This document shows positions 1-7,331 of a DNA stretch of 54,710 nt, in pieces (position 1 is the first letter of the stretch; each line of letters begins with the position of its first letter). Below the pieces are notes generated by a model. It was not told the origin of the DNA. It did no database searches and saw nothing but the letters and a program-made list of their open reading frames with translations. Source of the stretch: a virus (taxonomy: Duplodnaviria; Caudoviricetes); the IMG/VR virus record IMGVR_UViG_3300028908_000012, positions 1 through 54,710 of that record, one strand, 5' to 3'. The position numbers and the translations under genes were made by a program.

Positions 1-2
1 AG

Positions 3-1439
3 TTAGCAGCAGCAATAGGAGATTACAAGGCGCGTTACAGATTTAAAAATGTGTATGAGTTCCCCGATGATCTTCCAACAGATGAATGTAAAGCAGAGGT
101 GGAGTACGCATGGGTAGATAAAGCTAAAGGCGGTAAACACAGAGGCTTTTACATGAGAACAAACGGTCAAACCGCTTGGATGTATGTGTACGACAAGAAC
201 ATTGTAGAGTATGACGATGACACTAAGAGCGCTAAGCTTGTGATGAACAACTCTAATGTTTTAGAGTGGAAAGGTGACTTACCACAAGCAAGAACATTCT
301 ATCCAATGTATCACAATGCCACACAAGGCTTTAAGAAGGTAGCGATTACTGGCGAGAATACTATCAGTGGCACAAACGGGCATGTTAATCTTGCTCCGGT
401 GTTTTATTTCACTAACAACGGAGTGAAGAAAGCCAATATGCGACCACTACCAAGTGATGGAAGTCAAGACCATTTGATTGGTCATACTTTCATGGTATTC
501 AATGACGGCTTGACATTTAACACGGTAGTTAGTTTTATTGACGGTTGTAACTGCCTACAAGCAGGTGGAGACATCAGATTATCAGGCTACATGGACGGTT
601 ACACCTTTATGTGGATGGCGAGAGATGAGGTTGCTATAGTAGGTAAGAATTACATTAACACAACGACAGGTATGGTTCCGAGTGTGTACAATGTGTTGAG
701 ACACTCTTCTTGGACTGAAACATTATACTTGCCGTTAGACGGTATTGTGAAAGAGGTAACTAAAAACAAAGAGTGGATGCAACAGAAGATGTCAGCTGGA
801 ACATTCGTTTGGAGGAAGGGCGCTTCGTGGAACCAAACCGGTTGGTTCGCCAGAAGAGCATGGAAGAATTACCTTAAAGCGTACAACAATTCAAATGGGG
901 TGTGGTTAGGTAAACGAGACTGGATAATCTCGTTTTGGGTACAGCCTGAGAACTTAGACCAAAACTACTTCTTAGGTAGCTTTTCAACTTCAGACTCAAA
1001 CAATGATTGTTTGGTTGTAGGTTGGAGAACTACAGATAAGTTTTGGGTGTCCTTTGAAAACGGACACAACAATGGTGGATATGTGAGCCTTGACCAATCT
1101 AAGTTCACAAGTGCGCCACACCACATCTGCTTGCTGCATGACACGTCTGATCTAAAGACGAGAGTTTATGTGGACGGCGTGTACAAAGGCAATATAAGCT
1201 CATACGATGCACAGTACAACGGTTATTTAACCATTGTAGGAGGCTCTGTTAACGGCACTATGTATTCAAACGCAACACTTAGCGAGATTAGAGTCTATGT
1301 TCCTGTTAGCGGTAACAATGCGAACGGCATGGAAGACGGCGCACAAAGAGGAGCTTGGGCTAAGAGGTTGTACGAGGCAGGTTACATTAACTTTAAGTAC
1401 GGCACGAGAGCATACGGGCTAACCCCACAGTTGGGATAA
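3..1439 (+). CDS. Tail fibre/receptor-binding protein, C-terminal part (5' partial, allele A of 50151-53753), LamG/concanavalin-like tip
   Basis: Frame open from position 3; 19 aa differences over 462 aa versus the 1200-aa ORF; WIISFWVQP..HHICLLHD..RVYVDGV..LSEIRVY LamG-like pattern. Confidence 0.85.
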   Translation, partial: LAAAIGDYKARYRFKNVYEFPDDLPTDECKAEVEYAWVDKAKGGKHRGFYMRTNGQTAWMYVYDKNIVEYDDDTKSAKLVMNNSNVLEWKGDLPQARTFYPMYHNATQGFKKVAITGENTISGTNGHVNLAPVFYFTNNGVKKANMRPLPSDGSQDHLIGHTFMVFNDGLTFNTVVSFIDGCNCLQAGGDIRLSGYMDGYTFMWMARDEVAIVGKNYINTTTGMVPSVYNVLRHSSWTETLYLPLDGIVKEVTKNKEWMQQKMSAGTFVWRKGASWNQTGWFARRAWKNYLKAYNNSNGVWLGKRDWIISFWVQPENLDQNYFLGSFSTSDSNNDCLVVGWRTTDKFWVSFENGHNNGGYVSLDQSKFTSAPHHICLLHDTSDLKTRVYVDGVYKGNISSYDAQYNGYLTIVGGSVNGTMYSNATLSEIRVYVPVSGNNANGMEDGAQRGAWAKRLYEAGYINFKYGTRAYGLTPQLG

Positions 1440-1461
1440 TTAAACTATAAGGAGATAACAC

Positions 1462-1935
1462 ATGAAAGCGATAACTGACAATCAAGTAATTGAGGCATTG
1501 GCACAATTAAAAAGCGACATCCAAAACGGAGACAAAGCAAACAACATAACAGTTGAGCTGTTAGAGGGAATTAAAGAGGGCGAGGGTCAAGAAATATTCG
1601 ATGCCCTCCTTAATAAGTATGGGCTTCTATCGTATGATGAAGTAGAGGACATCTATACTCTAAACCTAAGTAAGGATATAGTTTATGAAATCCAACTTCA
1701 AAACCTTTTAACAGATATTGAAGACGGCGCAGATGTCGAGGAGGGTTTCTCTTACACACAGCTATTGCAAACTTTGGGTTACGATAATGTTACTAACTTG
1801 GATAGCGACGGTGCTTTACTGTCTCAACTCGTAGCGTCCATTAACAAAGCAGGGCAGTATAACGCTATTGTAGGAGGATTTGCAAGAGTAGGGGCTTTAT
1901 TGCAAGGACTTAAAGATAGAGTAGAAGCAGAATAA
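1462..1935 (+). CDS. Acidic helical protein, putative tail-fibre chaperone/accessory (paralogue of 1945-2412)
   Basis: SD AAGGAG; conserved in the second copy (3 aa changes); shares YGLL and GYDN motifs with the next gene. Confidence 0.6.
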   Translation: MKAITDNQVIEALAQLKSDIQNGDKANNITVELLEGIKEGEGQEIFDALLNKYGLLSYDEVEDIYTLNLSKDIVYEIQLQNLLTDIEDGADVEEGFSYTQLLQTLGYDNVTNLDSDGALLSQLVASINKAGQYNAIVGGFARVGALLQGLKDRVEAE

Positions 1936-1944
1936 GGATAAGCA

Positions 1945-2412
1945 ATGTTTATTACAAATAAAGCAGATATAAGCAGTGTAGCACAGCTATTAGAACAACT
2001 AAAGGGCAGTAGTGAAGCACTACGCCCCACACTGTTTAACTCCACAAGTTTAGGTGTGCCTGATGAGTTTAATGCACTAAGAGATGTGTACGGATTATTA
2101 GTAAGCACTGACGAAGGTCTGAAAATAAAAGATGTGCCTAATTACGCACAGTTCATTGAGCGTACAAATCTTATACAAGACATTCTTAACGGTATAGAGG
2201 GTCAAGCTATGGATATAGCATCTATACTTAGCAATATAGGTTATGACAACATAGACGAATTATCGTCAGATATAAGCATAGCTGCCGCTATCATGTCAGC
2301 TATCCAAAGCTCACACAAGTATCCTACACTTGAAGAGCCTTTAAGTAGACTTATGGATATGTTAGACAAATTGACAGCTTTGTTAGGGGGTGATACAGAT
2401 GTCAATCAATAG
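1945..2412 (+). CDS. Acidic helical protein, putative tail-fibre chaperone/accessory (paralogue of 1462-1935)
   Basis: SD AAGGA; LRDVYGLL..ILSNIGYDNIDELSSD resembles LLNKYGLL..LLQTLGYDNVTNLDSD. Confidence 0.6.
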   Translation: MFITNKADISSVAQLLEQLKGSSEALRPTLFNSTSLGVPDEFNALRDVYGLLVSTDEGLKIKDVPNYAQFIERTNLIQDILNGIEGQAMDIASILSNIGYDNIDELSSDISIAAAIMSAIQSSHKYPTLEEPLSRLMDMLDKLTALLGGDTDVNQ

Positions 2413-3409
2413 GAAGTTTTTAAACAGTGATGCCGCTAAGTTAGCCAATACAGTAGAGGTTACTAATTGGAATGATCTCGCTGACGGCGATATAGTAGGC
2501 ATAAAGATAACGGACAAGAATAACAAGAAGGCGGAGCTAATACCTAATGTGGCAGTTGTCATGTTAGGTACTGACGCACCAACGGCTACAACAAATCCCG
2601 CATCAGGAACAAACACAGTGTTCATAGATGTAACTAATAAGAAGTGGTACGTCTGCACCGACGCTACTACTGACAACAATGTGTGGGAAGATGTATGCTG
2701 TGGCGGTAGCAGTGGCGGAACAACTACAACCGGTTGTACGATCGAGAAACTCGGCACTACAACTACTATAGGTAACGAGGTAGTGTTAGCGCCTATGGAG
2801 AAAGATGGTAAAGATTTAATTACCGGTACAGATTACAGTGATGGTTGGACTTTTAAATCTGATATCGGTGGTGAATGTGCTATGGAGTGGACAGGAAGCA
2901 CATTCAAAATGCAGAATTGGAACAATGACCCTTCTATTGCAGATGAGAATAACTGGACTATCGTGTTCAGTTTCATGTGGAACGGCGATGCCGCAGAAGC
3001 TATGCAAGGAGTAGGTCTCGGTATGAGATACGCAGATGCAATAGAGTTAGGCTTTGCAGTAGATACAGCTAACAGTAAAGGTTATTTTGTTACGAGAGAT
3101 AATGACAAACAGGACAGTGGATACTTCATGTCTCCTAATCAGTGGTACACGGTAGGATTTGTACCTATAGGAGGAGGTAATGTTCACGGTTATCTGTTTG
3201 ACAGTAACGGTACGCTTCAAGCGACATCAGATTTAACAGCTTTAGTGTCGGCAGCAGAAGGCTCACTCACCTTTAAGGGCTGGACTGGTGCTAATAAATC
3301 CGATTACAGCTATGGAACTATGGAAGGTGGTATTAAAGACTGTCGTCTATACAGTGTGATATTACCACAATCTACAATAGGCGACATAGCAAGTTCGCAC
3401 AAAATATAG
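2399..3409 (+). CDS. Tail-associated protein with C-terminal LamG-like lectin domain
   Basis: Start at MSINRK (SD AGGGGG); WYVCTDATTDNNVW fibre-type motif; WTIVFSF..PNQWYTVG..GIKDCRLYS LamG-like pattern. Confidence 0.6.
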   Translation: MSINRKFLNSDAAKLANTVEVTNWNDLADGDIVGIKITDKNNKKAELIPNVAVVMLGTDAPTATTNPASGTNTVFIDVTNKKWYVCTDATTDNNVWEDVCCGGSSGGTTTTGCTIEKLGTTTTIGNEVVLAPMEKDGKDLITGTDYSDGWTFKSDIGGECAMEWTGSTFKMQNWNNDPSIADENNWTIVFSFMWNGDAAEAMQGVGLGMRYADAIELGFAVDTANSKGYFVTRDNDKQDSGYFMSPNQWYTVGFVPIGGGNVHGYLFDSNGTLQATSDLTALVSAAEGSLTFKGWTGANKSDYSYGTMEGGIKDCRLYSVILPQSTIGDIASSHKI

Positions 3410-3419
3410 GAGGCTCCAA

Positions 3420-4082
3420 ATGTCATTAGCGATATGCAAAGAGGATTTATTCCTCTATCAGGCTGATAAGCCTGAGACGCAGGACAGTTTAGCGTGTGGA
3501 ACAGGTACATGTACCGCAATACACGCCGAGCATATTCCTATCAAGAAAGAGGAACAAGCTGCGTGTGGTGGTGAGAATGTACAGGAAGCCCTTAAAGGTA
3601 AAGCCAATGTAAAGATAGAAGGCTTAAATGAGGGCGATCTAATAGTATGGAGCGACACTAACAAACGGTTAGAGAAACTCGTAGCCGTTGATGTGCCTGT
3701 TGTACCAATAAACGGTTCAAGTATCAAGGACACATCGATAGGCTTAGGTGTTAAGTGGGTATCTAACAACATCATATCAGGTTATGGCGGACTACAATTC
3801 ACGCTTGACGGTGCTACTTCACAGTACGGGAAGTGGAATAAAGTTGTAGCTATGGTGGATCAGAGTGATCCTAATGCTTCACTTGTGATACCTAAGACAG
3901 GGTATCTTAAAGCCAACATAGGTAACATGGAGAATGATCAGTTCGTACTTGGTGGTGTGACCATCACCATATACGATGACGGTAACATTAAAGTATGGCT
4001 GCCAGAGGGTGGGCTGACACCCACTGATGTGGCAGGTGAGAAGTTCACCGTTTATTTCGATACATTTACAGTAGCACATTAG
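3420..4082 (+). CDS. Short tail appendage/spike protein
   Basis: SD GGAGG; C-terminal ~130 aa highly similar to 4094-4759; N-terminus resembles 6681 and 49229 proteins. Confidence 0.55.
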   Translation: MSLAICKEDLFLYQADKPETQDSLACGTGTCTAIHAEHIPIKKEEQAACGGENVQEALKGKANVKIEGLNEGDLIVWSDTNKRLEKLVAVDVPVVPINGSSIKDTSIGLGVKWVSNNIISGYGGLQFTLDGATSQYGKWNKVVAMVDQSDPNASLVIPKTGYLKANIGNMENDQFVLGGVTITIYDDGNIKVWLPEGGLTPTDVAGEKFTVYFDTFTVAH

Positions 4083-4093
4083 GAGATATTAAG

Positions 4094-4759
4094 ATGAGTA
4101 TTAATTATAAGTACACAACCACAGACAAGACAGATGTAACTAACAGTCTTAAACAAACTACGGCATTAGACGCACCGGATAGTGATAAATACTACGGTGT
4201 AGAAGTTACGGATAAGGACAAGAAGCAAGTTAAGCTTAAGGAAATCACGGATAAAATAGTAAAGGACTTCAAATACGACGATACAACAGGTAAGCTTGTA
4301 TTAGAGTACATGGACGATAGTAAAGATGAGATTGACAACATAGCAAGAAATTATGATGTTGTAGAAGTGCCACTTGTGATGAAGAATGGTACAACTGTTA
4401 AAGATACGAGCATACCACCCGCTATCTTAGACATATCAGATCACCTGTTGGGTGGCAAAGGCGGTATGGTCTTTACACTTGACGGTGCAGCTCACGATTA
4501 TGGTAAGTGGCATAAAGTAATAGCCGCAGTTGATACATCTGACGCTAATTGGAAGAGAGTCGTACCACCATCAGGAGAGTACTACAAAGGTATGATAGGC
4601 TATATGGAGAACGCTACTTATATGTTAGGTGGTGTAACTGTTACACTGTATGACAATGGCGACATTAAAATCTGGTTGCCGGAAGGTGGACTTACACCGT
4701 CTGATGTGGCAGGTGAAAAGTTCACCATGTACATCGATACATTTGTAGTAGCAAGATAA
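4094..4759 (+). CDS. Short tail appendage/spike protein
   Basis: SD AGGAG; C-terminus paralogous to 3420-4082; N-terminus resembles 2399 protein. Confidence 0.55.
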   Translation: MSINYKYTTTDKTDVTNSLKQTTALDAPDSDKYYGVEVTDKDKKQVKLKEITDKIVKDFKYDDTTGKLVLEYMDDSKDEIDNIARNYDVVEVPLVMKNGTTVKDTSIPPAILDISDHLLGGKGGMVFTLDGAAHDYGKWHKVIAAVDTSDANWKRVVPPSGEYYKGMIGYMENATYMLGGVTVTLYDNGDIKIWLPEGGLTPSDVAGEKFTMYIDTFVVAR

Positions 4760-4770
4760 GGTAATACGAC

Positions 4771-5124
4771 ATGGCAAGTGAGGATAGGTTAAACGAGCTT
4801 ATACGGCTAACAGAGAGTAATACACAAAACATCGATCGCTTAACTAAAGCGGTCGATAGATTAGCAAGTCTGGCGGAAACACAAACCCGCCACGACGAGC
4901 GTTTAAAAACTCTGTTCAATGACAGAGATGATGTGTACCATAAAATAGAGGCTTTGCAGGATACAATTAACAAGCTGATAGCAGAAGCAAGAGCAGAGCT
5001 TGAAGGTCTAAAGTCAGCTACTGACACCAAACTCGCACAGCATAGGGTTAAGATGTTAATGTGGACTTTGGGCATTGTAGGTAGTGCATTGTCCGCACTT
5101 GCCTTGTACACAATAAAACACTAA
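4771..5124 (+). CDS. Coiled-coil protein with C-terminal transmembrane helix (XhlA-like/holin-associated)
   Basis: Heptad-rich body plus MLMWTLGIVGSALSALALY; first gene of the lysis cassette. Confidence 0.5.
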   Translation: MASEDRLNELIRLTESNTQNIDRLTKAVDRLASLAETQTRHDERLKTLFNDRDDVYHKIEALQDTINKLIAEARAELEGLKSATDTKLAQHRVKMLMWTLGIVGSALSALALYTIKH

Positions 5125-5136
5125 GAAAGGTAAACA

Positions 5137-5436
5137 ATGAGAGGATTAACTTACTTCCTTATCATTACAGCGATAGGTTTAACAGCAGCTTTATATAGAT
5201 ATGGAACACACGCAATAGAGTACTTTAACGCTATAAATGCTGAAATGTTCACACATTTATATAAAACTGTTATAATGTTAGCAGTATATTTCATAACATA
5301 CAAGTTAAGAATACATTGGGATAAGGATTTTGATTTTAGCACTATGGTACAGCAAGGGGGTAAGAATGTTTGGTATAAATGGTATGCTATCAATATTATT
5401 GCTATTGTTGTTATCATCGTCATCGGTTTTTGGTAA
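5137..5436 (+). CDS. Putative holin
   Basis: 99 aa with three hydrophobic segments, immediately upstream of and overlapping the endolysin. Confidence 0.6.
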   Translation: MRGLTYFLIITAIGLTAALYRYGTHAIEYFNAINAEMFTHLYKTVIMLAVYFITYKLRIHWDKDFDFSTMVQQGGKNVWYKWYAINIIAIVVIIVIGFW

Positions 5437-6145
5437 TTGGTTAGATGACCATTACCCGAATAGAAAGCCACTATCATACAATGGATATGACAAGCATTGG
5501 ATAGCAAGTACGAAACAGCAGTTACCGCCATGCGACCCACTGAAGTTTAAGGCACAGGCATATCAGGAGAGCCTATTTGACCCAACTTGTGTAAGCAAAG
5601 CTGGTGCAGTAGGATTATGTCAATTCATGCCAAGCACATGGAGATGGGGCAGGACTAAGTTGCACTTTACAGGTACACCGTACAACCCAAGAAATGCAGT
5701 TGATGCACAGCTTAAATATATGAGGTATTTATGTAGGCTTTTGTGGAGGAACTTTCATGTTCACTCCGAGAAAGACCTATTTGAATTGGCATTAGCCTGT
5801 TACAATGCAGGATACGGCAATGTACGGAAGGCTATTTACATGGCTAAGTCCACCAAGTGGGCTATTGTACGACTGTATCTGTCTAAGGTAACAGGTAGAA
5901 GGAGCAAGGAGACAGTAACCTATGTGAAACGCATATGGTTGCATTATAAGAGATTAAAGGATCAGAATGAAGTTAAGAGGATTTATAGGGGTAGTGCCTA
6001 TATTGGGTATTACACTCCTTCTGAGCGTAGTTGCAGAAGGGTATCTTATCAAGAAGTACTACAATCTATCCGAGCAAAGGGCGAAGACGATAGTACAATT
6101 AGATGCCAATCTGACAGCTACGGTAGAAGAGTTAAACAAGGCTAA
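5366..6145 (+). CDS. Endolysin, soluble lytic transglycosylase (SLT) with N-terminal signal/SAR segment
   Basis: QES..SKAGAVGLCQFMPST..ALACYNAGYGNV..ETVTYV SLT motifs; hydrophobic MLSILLLLLLSSSSVFG; SD AAGGGGG before ATG 5366. Confidence 0.9.
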   Translation: MFGINGMLSILLLLLLSSSSVFGNWLDDHYPNRKPLSYNGYDKHWIASTKQQLPPCDPLKFKAQAYQESLFDPTCVSKAGAVGLCQFMPSTWRWGRTKLHFTGTPYNPRNAVDAQLKYMRYLCRLLWRNFHVHSEKDLFELALACYNAGYGNVRKAIYMAKSTKWAIVRLYLSKVTGRRSKETVTYVKRIWLHYKRLKDQNEVKRIYRGSAYIGYYTPSERSCRRVSYQEVLQSIRAKGEDDSTIRCQSDSYGRRVKQG

Positions 6146-6491
6146 TGATGTAATAGCATCGCTTCAAGCTGAAATAGAAGGCTACAAAGTAGCTGACGCA
6201 GAGGCTAAGGCGAAGATAAAGCTATTAAACACTAAGCTAAACAAGGCTTTGAGAGCTAAAGCAGTTGCCATAAGAAAGGCTAACATCAATTATCGTACGC
6301 TAAGACGAAAGATTGCGTACTACAATAAATTATTGAAGAGAAAGGGTACAAATGTTAAAATCAAAGATTGTAATCGTCATCTCACTGTTATCTATTCTAC
6401 TATTCGAGGGTTGCGGTACAAACCCCTCGCCAACAACGATAAAAGACAGAGTAGTAATACACAAGATAACAAGTGGGACGGTATATTATAG
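5967..6491 (+). CDS. Putative inner-membrane spanin (Rz-like)
   Basis: N-terminal TM then long coiled coil; follows the endolysin and overlaps a lipoprotein gene. Confidence 0.7.
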   Translation: MKLRGFIGVVPILGITLLLSVVAEGYLIKKYYNLSEQRAKTIVQLDANLTATVEELNKANDVIASLQAEIEGYKVADAEAKAKIKLLNTKLNKALRAKAVAIRKANINYRTLRRKIAYYNKLLKRKGTNVKIKDCNRHLTVIYSTIRGLRYKPLANNDKRQSSNTQDNKWDGIL

Positions 6492-6681
6492 GATAAAGCC
6501 TGAAGCTACGAAGGTTATACCTGAGCCTAAAGTGCCAAGTGAGCCACTTACAGGTGAGAAGGTAGCGACATACATCATCAACTTAAAACAGGCATTGAAC
6601 ACTTGTAATACACAGATGAGAATGTTAGACGCTTTGAGAGTTGAGATGAACCAACTAAACGAGGATAATAGGAGCGAATAA
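6352..6681 (+). CDS. Putative outer-membrane spanin lipoprotein (Rz1-like)
   Basis: Signal peptide ending LFEG-C, Pro-rich linker, C-terminal helix with Cys; overlaps the Rz-like gene. Confidence 0.7.
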   Translation: MLKSKIVIVISLLSILLFEGCGTNPSPTTIKDRVVIHKITSGTVYYRIKPEATKVIPEPKVPSEPLTGEKVATYIINLKQALNTCNTQMRMLDALRVEMNQLNEDNRSE

Positions 6682-7319
6682 TGGCTCAGTACAAAATAGG
6701 TAGTGAAGAGATAGCATGGGGAAGAGGTACATATAACGCCGGAACGGGTATATGTACTATATCCAAGAAAGAGGTAAACGCTTCCACCATACCTACATCA
6801 GAAGACATGTTACAGCAATCAACAGTAGATGAGGTATTGAAGAAGCTAGTCGCATTGTATGAGGAAGTTAAAGATCAGCTTATCGTACTTGATCCGACAA
6901 TAGTTGATGGCGACATGGTACAAGTTACCACTGATGTTACGACAGGACTTAAAAAGCTGATACCTGTAACATACACTGAGACAGTCTTAACATTGGAGTC
7001 AGGTGTTACACATCACCCTACACAGGGAGATGCAAAGATCAGGAAGATAGCTAATGGTATGCTAATCATGGGCTTTGGGGGTGTCAAGTTTAAAGTAGAG
7101 AACTACAAATCAGAATATGGTAAAAAAGTAAAACTGTTAGGTACAGTAGCAGAAGGCTTTAGACCATTACCAAACACGGTGTGGAAGTTCCCTGTAAAAG
7201 AGGGAATACATATCAGTATCTATGCTGACGGTGAAGTCAAAGCATGGATCGAACCAACACACGCTGACGGTGAGTCTATTACTGCCTACTTCACTAATTT
7301 AGCCGACAGTCAAAAATAG
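6681..7319 (+). CDS. Short tail appendage protein
   Basis: N-terminal KIGSEE..G..EVNASTIP motif shared with 3420 and 49229; C-terminus GFGGVKF..YGK..ISIYADGEVKAW resembles 3420/4094. Confidence 0.5.
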   Translation: MAQYKIGSEEIAWGRGTYNAGTGICTISKKEVNASTIPTSEDMLQQSTVDEVLKKLVALYEEVKDQLIVLDPTIVDGDMVQVTTDVTTGLKKLIPVTYTETVLTLESGVTHHPTQGDAKIRKIANGMLIMGFGGVKFKVENYKSEYGKKVKLLGTVAEGFRPLPNTVWKFPVKEGIHISIYADGEVKAWIEPTHADGESITAYFTNLADSQK

Positions 7320-7331
7320 GATTATAAATAG

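Larger units (their letters stand above)
1..2396 (+). repeat. Terminal repeat copy A (homologous to 52315-54710)
   Basis: Colinear at offset 52314; first 127 bp identical, then many mostly synonymous substitutions. Confidence 0.97.

Noticed and set aside
1-1439. Diversity-generating retroelement (template/variable repeat) as the cause of the two fibre copies
   Set aside because: No reverse transcriptase gene; differences are mainly synonymous, not adenine-specific, and span 2.4 kb
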